From contig OZ024741.1 in the NCBI GenBank assembly GCA_964016885.1, positions 361,584,001 through 361,648,000 on the forward strand: a stretch of 64,000 nt of DNA. Reading direction: 5' to 3'. The translations under genes were made by a program, and so were the position numbers. This document shows positions 38,669-51,898 of the stretch, piece by piece. Under the pieces are notes generated by a model. That model ran no database searches. It worked only from the letters and a program-made list of their open reading frames with translations, and was not told the origin of the DNA. The DNA comes from Eledone cirrhosa (lineage: Eukaryota). Each line of letters starts with the position of its first letter. Positions within the stretch are counted from its first letter, which is position 1.

Positions 38669-39930
38669 ATCTATATATGTGTATATATTTTCATAAAATT
38701 GTAGTATTCTCAGCGCAAAGGGTAGCTGAAAACAGCTGAATACTATATGTATTATAAAAAGTTGGGTTAAGATATAACCACATATTGCACAGAGAGTGGG
38801 AGAGAAAGGAAGAAACAATGGTGAAAGTAAACTAACAAGGAAAATAAAACTTTAGCGTTATATGAATCATCAGCTTCCTTCTAGACCAACATATTTTCTC
38901 GCAGTAAAAAGAAGGACTTTGTATAGAAGTCTAGCTCGTGCAACAGAACCTAAATTTCTGTTGTTCTGACGCTGGAATAGGGGAACAACAAGTTTTAACT
39001 TGTAATAAACCCTTTAATTACATATGAACTACAGCTAATAAATTTAAAACTAGATTTTATGTGCATTTACACTTTTAAGAATTAAAAATTATAAATCTCT
39101 TTAACTTAACTAATTTGGTATCTAAAAAAGGATAATATTCAGCATTCTATGAGATGGAACATTATTAATTCAGCAAAATCATATGGAGGGGGAAGAACTA
39201 GGTGTATTCATTGTTTGACTGAGGCATTAGAAATAATAACTTCTAATATTAAAAATAATCCCTTGTCTGCATAGAACCTTTCAATCTTTCTTTTATAAAA
39301 TCCTTCAACCTGATTAATTTTACCTTTGCATTCTAATTAAGTTTTTCCTTTCCTTTCCTCTTAGTGTACAAATTAGTTGCCTCATAGATCTTGTTTACCC
39401 TGCCTATAGGTTGGACTAAGTTATATTTATTCTGATTTCCATCTTAAACTTATGTATTTTAACTGCATTTATATTTCATAGTGTGACATGTAAAGTTTCT
39501 AAACGTATAGGTATGAATATATGTTTCTATGTATGAGGGTATCTAATACACACACAAACACACACACACACATAAAAGCAAAGATGTGGGTTCAACTCCC
39601 ATGTACATCAATACTCATCCTTTTCCATTTAGAGAGTTTTAAGCCCCCACTATTTCTAACTAATATATATATAAATATTTACACATACACCAATTAAACA
39701 AAGTCACAGGTATATATGTGTTTTGGCAACTTTTCACGATGTGGCTCAATGGAGAATTAATAAATTAAATAATCAGAGCAAAATACTATAGAGTAAAGCA
39801 TGTCCAGAGAATTATTTGATAATATATATACATCATCTCTAGTCCCAATCAGCATAATTAACCACACAAAAAATCAATTAGACCAGGCTATAAGAATAAA
39901 AGGCATCTATGAAGAAACAGTAAATAAATA

Positions 39931-42900
39931 CGCCGTGCGGCGTCTTCGCGTGCAACCGTTACAGAATATTTACCCAACATTTCAACAGCACGTGGAAATT
40001 TATTAAATATACGGTCAACCATACATAATTAGGTAAAAATTAATGTCTTCTCCTACCATGCCTGTTGAAGGAGAAGAATAACAACAAAAACCGACCGTCA
40101 ATACGGAGTTTGAGGAAATACGGTAAATGATTTCCGCTTTAAGCCGAGAAATAGCAGGAATAAAATCAAGCGTTCGTGTAGAACCCCACAATGAGGGATC
40201 TTACCGGAGTGCCTTGTTAAAAAATCTCCACATACCTCATGTTGAACCTAGACGCATTGAGAATGCCACTGAATCTGCAAACCACAAAGTGATTGCCATT
40301 GGTGTACCAGAAGACATAGTTGATCTTCAGGCATTTGCTGCCAGTTCATCCAAAGACTTGGGCTGTGCTCCCGCAAAGGGTGCTCTACGCCTTGGCCGAC
40401 CAGGCCCGAAACCCAGGCTAATTAGACTGTCGTTTTCGAACTCAACTGAGGCACGTTCATACCTTGTAGTCTCTGATAAAGCTAGGCGTGAAAGTCGGAT
40501 TGCTTTCCGAACATGCCCTAGTCTTCCACCTGATGTCCGCCGAAAGTTGCGTGCTGCAGCTTCCTTAAACCGCAGCTCGGCAGAACATGAAAGCTTCAGC
40601 CTACGAGATGATGGGCAGATATGGAAGTTTGTTAAGGCTGGTGAAACATGGAAAAGAGATACCAGCTGGTCTGAAAACACTGTACCCACAACAACTGACA
40701 ATAAAGAAACTGAAAAAACTCTGGGAAACTAAATCAGAACAACCTGCCATCCCCTGCACATAATCATATACTGGAATCAAGGTACAAATTGTTGTCCTTG
40801 AATGCACATAGTCTATGCAACAAGATTCATCTTTTTGACTCCTACGTCAAAAGTATCAACCCTGACTTCATTACAGTTACGGAAACTTGGGCACATTCCT
40901 TACTTTGTGATGGGGTTTTCAGCATGACTGGCTACAACCTGTTTCGTAAAGACCGCATTAATCGTCGTGGTGGTGGTGTAATGGTCTACGTTCGGTCAAA
41001 TCTGTCGGCAATTCCTTGTGTTGATTTGAACCAATCACAGCAGGAAGTTTTTTTCTGCGATATACGTATGACCATGTCAACACTGTTACTTGGAGTCGAT
41101 TACCGTCCCCCAAATTACCATCAGGACACTCAACTTTGTGATATCCTCAGAGCTGCTGCCAGGAAAACAGCCACTTATGTTTTCATTGCAGGAGACTTCA
41201 ATCATCCTGAGATTGACTGGGAAACCTTTCGTTGGCCGCCAAGTGCAAATGACTTCCTTCAGCTAGTGCTGGACTCGTATTGGTCCCAAGTAGTCACCTC
41301 CCCAACACTTTGGACCTACTCTTCACCACTACTCCTGAAACGGTCATTAGTGTTACTGCTGAGGAACCTTTAGGTGACTCTGATCATGCTATGATCATTG
41401 TCAATCTATCCCTCATGGGCAGTAACAAGAACCACAACCATCTCCAAACTGCTCACTTTGACTGGAATAAAGCAGACTGGAACTGTTACTGCACCGAGTT
41501 GCAACAGCCAAACTGGCTTGAGTTCTACGACTCTGGAGATGTCAAGACTGTACTCCAGAACATCCTGAGCTCAATATGGACAGCATGTACAGCATCGGTG
41601 CCACATAAGCGGAAAAAACATCCCAAAAGTGCAATTTGGGAGACTGCAGCAGTCCATCTTGCCAGAAAAGAACAGCGCAATGCTGAACATGAGTACAAAC
41701 TTCACAAATCAGACATTAATAGGAAGAGGCGAAATAGATTGTCCAACCACCTCAAACAGGTGACAAAAAAGCAGTGCTTCAATTTGAGCAGCACATAGCA
41801 ACCAGCCCTGACAGTAAGGTGTTCTGGAAGTATGTTCACTCAAAGCAGAGGCCTCACTCTCCAGTTGGTCTTCTTCACAATCCCCACACAAGCTAGGTTA
41901 CTGACGACCCCAAGGAATGTGCAGAGCTCATTGCTGAATGCTATGCAGGCATTTTCACTATTGAAGACCAGAGTGTACCATCTCCACCACCTATGACACC
42001 GGACTCTATTACAACCATGGAATTTACACCTGCAATGCTGCGACGTCACCTAAAAAATAAATGCAACCATGCCTCTCCTGGTCTTGATGGTGTTACGTAC
42101 CTGCTTCTTAAACGTGGTGGGTACTTCCTTCTGCACCAGTTATCGCGCTTCTTCCAATTCTGTCTGAACAACGGTGCTACTCCTGAACAGTGGAAAACTG
42201 CCAGTGTCATTCCTCTGTTCAAAAAGGGTGACCGCACATCACCTGTGAACTATCGTCCAGTCAGTCTTACTAGTTGCATTGCCAAACTGATGGAATCCTG
42301 TGTCAGAGAAACACTTTGGGACTTCTGGAGCTCTCACAGTCTTATCCGGCCCTCGCAATTTGGATTCATCCCCAACTCCAGCTGCTGTGATCAACTTATC
42401 GAGTTTCTTGAAGACATCACCCGGATCACTGATGGCGGCTCATGGGTGGATGTTGTTTACCTTGACTTTGCGAAGGCCTTCAATTCTGTGCCACACAAAA
42501 GGCTTATGGCAAAACTCTCTGCAATGGGTGTGAAGGATGATCTTTTTAACTGGTTGAAGTCCTTCATTCTCAGCCGAAAAGAGAGGTAGTCACGGTTCTA
42601 GGACAGCATTCTTCACCATATGAGATGTCATCTGGTATACCACAGGGATCTGTTCTTGGCCCCCTTTTGTTTGTGGCATATATTAATGACATAGATGCCA
42701 ACTTAAAAAATGACACAGTACTAAAGTACGCAGATGACATCAAGCTGTACCTTGAGATAAAAAGGACAGATCCTGAACACTATAGATCTTGCTTGCAGTC
42801 TGACTTGGACACAATGCAACAATGGATCTCAGATTGGCAACTCAAGCTGGCTGTGGACAAGTGCACCACCATGCATTTTAGGAGTAAAAACCCAGCGTCC

Positions 42901-43656
42901 ACATACTCCCTCCACAGCACTAATATCAAGAAGCCTTCTTGTGAACGTGACCGGTCAGCAGCGATTTGCGTTGGACGAAGCACGTCTCTAAAATTGTCAA
43001 GAGGGCCGAGGGTGTCTTAGCATCACTCAGCAAGACCTTTGTCAGCCGCTCTCCAGCTATCTATTTAAGGCTGTACATGGCTATGGTGCGGCCACACTTA
43101 GAATTTGCATCACCAGTTTGGAACCCCTATCTTGCTCAGAACATTGACCGCCTGGAAACTGTTCAGAGATGTGCAACCAAGCGAATAGCCTCCATCAGGC
43201 ATCTACCATACTCTGAGCGCCTTTCTTCCCTGGGCATGGATACATTGAAGCTCCTACGCCTGGCAACTGACTTGGTAAACACCCACAAAATTGTTAACCA
43301 TCTTGCCAACAACAACCCTGAGTACCTTTTTGATTTCCATGCGTCTAACACACGTGGACATGCCCACAAAGTCAGAAAACAGCACAGTTCCCATGACTTT
43401 TGGAAACATTTTTTCACACTCAGAGTTGCTGAAGCATGGAACAAACTACCTGCATCGGTTGTTAGTTGTCCTTTAAAACCTCCATGCTTCCCGAGATTCG
43501 CCAACACTACACCTAATGTTCCTCCTCCATACACATACACACGTGTACCATGACTCGTACACTATTTACTTCCCTGACATTTGTGTATTATTCTATGTAC
43601 TATACATGCACCTTTGACGAGTTGTAGTGCACCTGAGCACTTTACACAATAATTTC

Positions 43657-43660
<4 letters not shown>
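39931..43660 (+). mobile_element. CR1-type LINE, probably full length, decayed (5' boundary approximate)
   Basis: ORF1 remnant 40127-40732 (VIAIGVPE, RLGRPGPKPRLIRLSF). ORF2 pieces: APE (LNAHSL, ITVTETW, GGGV, YRPP, GDFN, SDH), RT (NYRPVSLTS, DFAKAFNSVPH, GIPQGSVLGPLLF, YADD) and a CR1-like C-terminus (VRPHLEFASPVWNP, TRGH, WNKLP). 3' UTR ends in a catta/(TA)n tail. Confidence 0.9.
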
Positions 43661-43707
<47 letters not shown>

Positions 43708-44699
43708 TCAGAAGATCCCGTTAAGGGTGAAAGCAGCGATTCTTTGCTTAAACTTTAATCTGTTATTTTAATAAATATATATATATATATATTATTATAT
43801 TACTTTAATCAGGTAATTATATACATATATATAGCTTGGTATGCTTGAATGTGCCTAAGTATGTATGCATAACTATGTATATGTTGGTATGTCTATATGC
43901 ATGCCTGTCGAGATGTGTGTTGTGAATAATGAAAATAGGTATACACACACACACACACACACACATATATGGAAGTATAAGTGTGTATGTGTGTATATAT
44001 ATGTATATCTATAGATATTTGTGTGGGTGTATATGTACTTATATATGAGTGTGCATATTTGCATGAATAGATATATGTATATATGTAGCTGAATGTGTTT
44101 TGCTTAATATACACTCATAACTTTATTCTATAAATAATCCTTTTCACCTCTATAAATACTATTTTTAGGTGATTAGTTTCTTAATAATTAGAAATCATTC
44201 TACTAATTGATACATTAATACTAAATTAAGCTTCCATAATTTGTATATTGTTTTTCTCAATATAGAATATTGTTAGTATTAAAATTGGTCGTAACTTTAA
44301 TTAATAAGTTTTATTAAATTTATAGGTTACCTTTGCCTTTCATCCTTCCGGTAGAAACAATTATTAAATTTATAAGCCCTAATTCTATTCCTATATTGTT
44401 TATTTGAGTCTAATATATGTGTATTAGGTTTAAGAATCAAACTAATTACTACACACTATATTTATTACTATTAAATTTTAATTTGTGTTTAATCGCCATA
44501 AGTTTTAACGTTTTCCTGATTATATTTAAAGTTGTTTACATTTTTGAATTGGAGATGTTCATACATGCGGTTGGTAAATAATTATCTTTTTTGTATTGTT
44601 TAATGATTCTGAGGAGTTCAGTACATAGGAATAAAATGGTACTTCCTGTTGTGTTTAAAAGAAACTATTAAATAATATAATTAAACCCTGGTTATTTTA

Positions 44700-44740
<41 letters not shown>

Positions 44741-46956
44741 ACATGGGCTGGGCTGTTTTTCTAATGAATATCACCATTTAGTATCAATAGGGTTTTAGTA
44801 ATCTTTGTCCAAATAATGGATCCTCTGTCTCTACTATACACAAAGACAGTTTCAGTGTGTTTGAAGGCAGTTTTCCCTGCTAAACCAGAAAATCTTAATG
44901 GAGTTCTTTCCTTGGGCTAACCACATTAGTTACCTCTTATAACATGTAGGAATACACACAGCAATTTCTCTACTATATGCATTCAGATAATGTGCTTGGG
45001 GAGGTGGTCATACGGGCAATAAAAATATGCACACTAGTTGTACTTTATTTCACTTTGGTTTAAATTATCAATTAGATAATTTATTAATGAGATCTTTCAT
45101 CACTGCCTGTGACCTTATCGGAGATGATTTGCGCCTCATGCATTTCCTCTTCACAAACACTTATTTTTTATGGTCTTAGGACCCTCTCAAAATATGAGAT
45201 CTATTTTAACACACAATTTCATGTCAAGAATCTTGTTTTCTGGCGTTAATACAAAACGAAATACAGATGACTTTGAAATTCTATTCTACATCACTATGTC
45301 TTTATAGGTTTTAAAGCTGAAATAAAAATTTTTAAATATTTTTCCATATTATTCTTTAACCCCATATTATTCTTTACCACCAAACTGCTATAGTATCTTT
45401 GATACTAAACTGTTTATTTTAAAGTGTTTATATTTATCCAAAAACCTTCAATCATAATTTTACGTAAGAACTTTTGTTTCAAATACTCGCTTAATAATGA
45501 GCAAGTTAGTTATACTACTAAACCCCTCCAAATTCTTGATTATTTTCAAAATTATTTGAAATTTACAAGTAGAAATATGGTAATGAAATTGCTAAGAACT
45601 TGTACAGTGTAAAAGATTGTTTTTCCATCAAGATATCCTTCATGTAGAAACAATGTAATTGGCTTGTGACTAAGAAACACACGTGAAAGTTGATGTTCTA
45701 ATTGAGCTAAATAAAGAATGTTTGTAAGCTGTATTACTTTATGAATTTGTCTAAGGAGGCCAAACTGCTTTAGTTTATGTAATGTAAATGCCACCTAATT
45801 TTTTAAGGTCCTGTGCTCTAGTTTTCTGGGGTTAAATCCCTCGCTTTATGTTATAGAAACAGCACTCAATTTTTCGTAAAATCTCACTAATCTCACAGCA
45901 ATTTTCAACACTTTTCAACCCATTCTACTCTTTATAAGGCACTATTAGTGTTATGGCAGAATATTAGCTTTAAACTTTTTTTAATTTAATAAACAAGTAT
46001 TAAAATAGCTTAGAGATAGGCATACATATTGCACTTTCATGCAGAAGTATATATATACACCAGTGCAGTGCATCAACTCTTTTAATAGAAACTGCTTGTT
46101 TTAAAGAGTTTATATTTATATGAAAATCTTCTGACTTGATTTTATATAGGAGCATTTTGTCAAGTAATGTTCAAAACACCAGTTTCATAATGTCACAAAT
46201 TTATGTTACTGAAACCCTTCAATTTTTGTTATTAATTTCAAAATTAATTGAAACACATTAGCTTTGTATTTTATAAGAAATATGGTAACAGACTGGTTAA
46301 AAAATAATGTTCAAGTTGCACTGGTGTAAAGTTTGATTGCACTCACAGATTGTGCACTCAAATAACGGAGATGATGCAGTGAAAGTGCAAAGATCTTATA
46401 GCAGTACTAGTGTAGTTGCAGATTAAAATTACAACATTCTAACTAGTATCTTAACATTTTCTGCTCATGGTTGTATGATTAAAGAGTTCACTTATCAACC
46501 ATGTGATTTCAGGTTATATCCTACTTCTTGGCATGTTGAGCCTCATGTTGACCAATGCCTTGTCAGTGAAATTTTATAGATGGAAATTGTTGAAGCCCAT
46601 AGTGTGTTTGCATACACATATGTGTGTGTTTTTGTCTAATAACCTAGCAGTTCAAAAAAGAAAGATTGATAAAATATGTAATAGACTTGACAAATAAGTA
46701 CCAGGCAGTGCCGCAGTATGGCTGCAGTTAAATGACTTAAAACAAACCAGTAAAAGAATTTTAAGATATCATGTTACATAGTATAAATAGAGAAAAATAG
46801 ATATTTTTTGAAAAGTTTATTTTATTTATAACATTAGTTGTCACACTTGTGACTGTTGATGTCTCCTAATGTCTCTTGTACAAGATCAGGTGGTTGACTA
46901 ACATACTCTCAAGTTTTTATCAATTATTTCATGCCACAACTTGTATGAATTCTTAA

Positions 46957-47209
46957 CCCTTCTGATACCAAGACACCTGAAACCACCCTTGGTTCTATGT
47001 TACAAAACTGTTTGTTTAAAAGTGTTTATATTTATCTAAAATCCTTCCATCATAGTAAAAACCTTCGTTAAGTTATGCCCCAAACACCAGCTTAATAGTG
47101 AGAAAGTTAATTATATGACTAAATCTCTCCAAATTTTTGATTATTTAAAAAATAATTTGAAAATCACAGGAAGTGTATGTATTTCATTAGAAATATGGTA
47201 ATGAACAAG
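46957..47209 (+). mobile_element. TTAA-flanked AT-rich MITE family 1 (about 260 bp, piggyBac-type ends); representative copy
   Basis: Consensus ttaa|ccctt.tgatacca...aaaaccttccatcataattttatgtaagaac...ttagaaatatggtaacaaaaggg|ttaa. Other copies near 900-1098(-), 1697-1928, 3325-3505(-), 5112-5358(-), 6390-6917, 12545/17155, 18645-18895, 19255-19723, 20575-20850, 28530-28670(-), 35958-36195(-), 37652-37869, 45370-45585, 46080-46300, 56010-56153, 58965-59140, 60927-61179 and 63315-63555(-). Confidence 0.8.
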
Positions 47210-47936
47210 TTAATCATGTTCTTGGCAGAGAAATTAGCTTCACAAACATATAAAGTTGAGAAAGGAAGGAATTCTTGAATGGTTTTCATAATGAGGATTT
47301 GGTGTTCCTGCTAGAAAGATAACTGAAATGAGTAGTCTAATGTTTGTTAATGGATGTTTCAGTTTCAATTGTTTTGTCTGATTTTCATCAATCTGTCTTC
47401 TTCTAAAACAGTTCATTTTCGCCAACTCATTCACATTTAAAACAAATGGATCTCTCACTCTATACTAAACTAACCTACCACTCAAGTTTTCTACATATCC
47501 TAACATTTTCTAGGCCACACACCATCTTAAAGGTGCATGTCCTAGATGAAGGTATTTGGCCTAGTAGTTAGGGTGTTGGATTCGTGATTCCTGGGCTGGG
47601 CAACATGTGTTCTTGAGGAATTTACTCTTTTTGTTACTTTTCAATAAAAGACACAAGAGACCTCCTATGAGATGCAACCTTGTAGGGAGCCAGCTAAATC
47701 TGCATAGGTGTCGGCTGTAAATTTTACTTTTCATTTTTGGATGGCACACATGTGAACTATACATGGCATACAGTGGTTGAAAAAAAGGAAGACCTTAATG
47801 TTGTCCAGGATACCATTATTTAAATATGAATGGATGGCCATAGCTGGAATGTCTTTGATCATAAGCCTGATTAATTGGTGCTGACCTGAACCAAGAACAT
47901 TAATAGAGCATTAGAAACATATACTAACATATAAGA

Positions 47937-48220
47937 GGCATGGCTGTGTGATTTGGGGTTCAGTCTCACTATGTGGCACCTTGGGCAAGTGTCTACTCTG
48001 CCTTGGGTTAATCAATGCCTTGTGAGTGAAATTTGGTAGATGGAAATTGTGTGGAGGCTCACTGTATGTGTATGTTTATGTCCCATAATTAGCAGTATGA
48101 CAAAAAGAGATTGATAAAATAAGCACCAGACTTGAAAAAAATATGTACTAGTGTCAGCATGATCAATTAAATCCTCTCTGAGCATGGTCACCGTCTAATG
48201 ACTGAAACCAGTAGAAGAAA
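47937..48220 (+). mobile_element. SINE family C; representative copy
   Basis: ggcatggctgtgtg...ggggttcagtctcact.tgtggcaccttgggcaagtgtct...gccttgtgagtgaaatttggtagatggaaa...aatgactgaaaccagta. Related copies near 17720-17830, 32730-33130(-) and 46480-46760. Confidence 0.65.
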
Positions 48221-48418
48221 ACAAAAGAAAAAATCAAAATATTGATTTAAAAATTGGTTGATAGTAAAGCTATGGTGCTGTTTACAATAAACAACATTTC
48301 ACCAGTCACAGTAAGATTAGACAGCTTGATAATACATGTGACATTGAAACCTTGATATAAATGTTAACATCTGGTTGACTTAAGAAACGGAAAATTTGAA
48401 ATGTTATCATCCCAAAGT

Positions 48419-48568
48419 AAATGACTATGATAATAGTTGATCACTATAAATAAAAGTTGAGAAAATTTGGTAAAGGATTCTTTGAACTTTTTTTTCTATC
48501 TCCAAAGATACTTTACCCAATTTTCTCAACTGTTATTTTATAGTGATCAGTTATTGTTATAGTCATTT
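48419..48568. repeat. AT-rich hairpin, about 65-bp arms, 18-nt loop
   Basis: aaatgactatgataatagttgatcactataaa..agttgagaaaatttggtaaag pairs with ctttacccaattttctcaact..tttatagtgatcagttattgttatagtcattt. Confidence 0.85.
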
Positions 48569-49030
48569 GTGTTGAGGTTACTACACTTGATATTAAACTG
48601 GGAAAACAAACTTTGAAAAATGTTGTTCTTATAACTTAAACCAAAGTAGATTTAGCTTTCCCCTTTCCCTCCAATTACGCTGCATCTCGTCAGAGTTTTC
48701 TTGGACATTTTAATGATAAGGACACAAATCTTATAATGAATCAAATTGCAAGTACCCCCCCCCCCCCCCTCCAATGGATTGGAACAATGTGAAATGAAGT
48801 GTCTTGTTGAAGAACAAAACATGCTGCCCAGTCCAGAAATCAAACCAACAATGTCATGATGGTGAGATCAACACCATTAGGCTACATCCCTTCATAAAAT
48901 TGTTAATGTTTCATAAGGTACAGGACTTGAAATTTAATGAAATATGTCTGCATGGAAAGCTGTGTCTTTCATATAAACCATACACCTACACACTGCTAAG
49001 TCTTGCTATATTCAATTTCCTTTTATTCAG

Positions 49031-49113
49031 AATGACTAAAGAGGAAGAAGAAGAAGAAAGGAAATGTTCCTATGAAAGATACAGAACTTTGGTAGAAAAT
49101 GAATGTGCTGGAT
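49031..49113 (+). CDS. CLASRP: CLASRP coding exon C
   Basis: ttccttttattcAG ... GTaagt. Translates (P)MTKEEEEEERKCSYERYRTLVENECAG, similar to ERKCNYERYRGLVQNDFAG. Phase 2 in, phase 1 out. Confidence 0.93.
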
Positions 49114-49399
49114 GTAAGTAGAATATGTTTCTTTCTATTTTTAAAATTTATTTATTAAAATCAAGAACTTATATTACAAGAATTGTACAGCATTATAGGC
49201 TGTCTGTAACAAGCAAATGTGAAACGGGTGGGGGCTGAGGAGTGGAACATTTTCTAAAATGCTTTCATCTATGTTAGAAATTGATGTTAGAAGTCAGTGT
49301 TCTTTGCCAACTATGCCCTCCCCCTCTCTCTCTGTATATTTTATATTTGCTGATCTCCTAAACTCGGTCACAAACAGCATCTTCTGATGTATACAAGGT

Positions 49400-50005
49400 G
49401 CATCTAGGAACGATGACTAATCTCTCGGGGGCTGAGGTTACAAGAGCAATTAAAGAGATCAAATGTGGCAAGGCCAATGGGAAGGATGAAATTCCGCCTG
49501 AGATGTTAAAAGCCTTAAATAGAGAATGTATTCTCTAGCTGACTCATGTATGCTGGGTGGCTTGGATCTTTGGAAAAGCACCTAAGCAATGGCAATTGGG
49601 AGTGATAATCCCAAGAGATTGCTCCAATTATAGAGGGATCTCTTTGTTAAGCTTCCCTGGTAATGTCTATGCTAAGTGTCTGGCAAAGAGATGTAGGGAG
49701 ATTGTCAAGTTTAAGCTTGCTGATGAACAGGATGGTTTTTGACCCAGACCCAGCCGATCAAATATTCACTCTGCGGCAGGTCTTTGAGAAATCATGGGAG
49801 TATTGCCAAGAGTTGCATGCTTGCATATGACTGCGTTCCACAGGATCTTCTGTGGAAAGTTCTGCAGAAGTAAGGGATTGATGGACAGCTTCTTGTTGCC
49901 TTGATGTCTTTATATGAATGCCTGAGTATTTGTGTTCGGATAAATGGTGCTAAATCGAAAACATTCAATGTGGGAGTCAGACTCTGCCAAGGGTGCGTAC
50001 TGTTA
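49400..50005 (+). mobile_element. RTE RT N-terminal fragment
   Basis: GKANGKDEIPPEMLK, DCSNYRGISLLS, DQIFTLRQVFEKSWEY and GVRLCQGCVL motifs with stops and indels. Confidence 0.8.
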
Positions 50006-50834
50006 CAGATTATTTGTACCTAAATACACTGCCTTAAAAACGTAACACCATTTTTGTTTTGAATTTACCACATGTCATATAAGTATGTAGGTCGTTAGCT
50101 ATCATGGTGGCTTGTTTTTCTGCTTCAGACTTTCGTTTATATTCGAGTGTGTAACATAGTTAATGATAATAATGAGCTTACCTGTTGTATATGTATTAAT
50201 ACAAAGATTATTACATTTCTATTATAGGTTTTAGTCTAACTGTCTGATTCTCTCTGTATATATTACATGTTTAACACTTATACAAACGAAACCTATGGCT
50301 ATATGCTTCATAAGCCTAAAATTCTATTTCATTCTATTTGCCATTTATCAACTTGCATCTATTTTTCTGCTTTCTTTCATTGTGTGCTAATATTCTTGCT
50401 ACATGTTGTTTTAAGACTTATCAAGTTATAAATGTTGTTGTTATTAAAAGGATAGTCAAACAGGAACTTCCGATTTGACTCTCTTTTTCATAACAACTAA
50501 ATTTATAATTTGGATAAGTCTTGTGAAACACAAAAACACTAGATTCAAATTATAGACGCTTCATTATTATATTTTTTTTTACCCAAGTGATAAACAGTGT
50601 TTATTACTTATTCTGACAATTATATTTTATTAATATATTATTCATTTTCAAAGACATTTATACTTACATATATATAAATATATACATAATAAAATTCACG
50701 TGATAGTCACTTTGTTATAGATTTCTCTTGCAGAAGAGGTAATGTGCACATATGCTAGCACTGGAAATGTCCACGTAAAAAAGTAATCATTAGAATGTTT
50801 GTATTTGATGTCAACATATATTTATATACTTCAC

Positions 50835-51045
50835 TATCTGTCTGTTTACCTCTCTATCTGTCTTTCTGTCTGTCTCTCTGCCTGTTATCTGTCTCTCTGC
50901 CTGTTATCTGTCTCTGTTTGCCTGCCTTTCTGTCTGTCTTTCTGCCTGTTTGTCTGTCTCTGCTTGCCTGCCTATTTGTCTATCTACCTACCTACCTACT
51001 TGTCTATCTGGCTAACTGACTGTCTACCTATAGCTATCTATTTAT
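50835..51045. repeat. Degenerate (CTGT/CTAT/CCTA)n tetranucleotide tract
   Basis: Direct reading. Confidence 0.85.
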
Positions 51046-51447
51046 GTATATTTACAAATGTGTCTATCTTCGGACAAGAGCAATAACAACAACAAAGTCA
51101 TCGCTATTTAATGGAGCTATGTCTGATAACGATTAAAGAAAATATGGAAGAAAATTATTGTAATGGATTTAAATGAATGAAAAAAGAAACTGACAAGGGT
51201 GACAAGAAAGGGAGTCAGGGAAAAATTGAGGATTTTCAAATGTCTTTGCTTAGAATGTTGTAATCAAAATCAAGAATGAGTTAAATAAAAAATTTTTTTT
51301 TTACTATAAAAGCCTATAATCTTTTTATGGGTATTATTCTAGTATATATATATGTATATATAAATATAACTTTGATTGGTTTCGGCCAGTCTTGGCTTAG
51401 AACATGTCTAACTTAATAGCACCACCTGTAAACAAAGTGTAAATAAA

Positions 51448-51898
51448 GTTTCATACACTTGATATGTATGTGCTACCAATGGTTTTCGGGGTCCAGTTAT
51501 GGCCACCACTGTATAATGGATGAGGCACTTTTAAACTGGCCATTCATTCAGGCACGTGGATGAAAATAAGAAAAAGAGAAGTTGATGTTTCTAGGCTGAA
51601 CTTGTATGTATCTGTGTGTCCATTTTACATACAACTTTCTACCTGAGTTAACCCCCTTTTATCCATGAACATTTGATACATTCTTATACAAACAGGTTTC
51701 AATACAGGATTAGCTCTCCTATATCACATATAACTCCCTACTATTAGGAGCGAGATCTGGCCTAGAAACATCACCTTCCCCTTTTCATATTTTCGTCGAT
51801 GTGAGGGCCAGTTTAAAAGTGCCTCCTCCATTATAGAGTGATGGACATGACTGGACCCCGAAACCATTGGTAGCAGATACATGTTAAGTGTATGAAAC
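51448..51898. repeat. Inverted repeat / fold-back element: about 140-150-bp arms (51448-51596 / 51760-51898)
   Basis: gtttcatacactt..tgctaccaatggttttcggggtccagt..gaggcacttttaaactggcc pairs with ggccagtttaaaagtgcctc..actggaccccgaaaccattggtagca..aagtgtatgaaac. Moderately diverged. Confidence 0.88.

Noticed and set aside
38700-39500. Possible old LINE remnant between TA tracts (also 22380-22720)
   Set aside because: No motif could be read with confidence.
51830-51870. Possible hammerhead ribozyme (gtgatgg...cgaaac; also ctgaggag...gaaac near 44609-44666)
   Set aside because: The CTGAnGA core and the three flanking stems cannot be assembled convincingly by eye.
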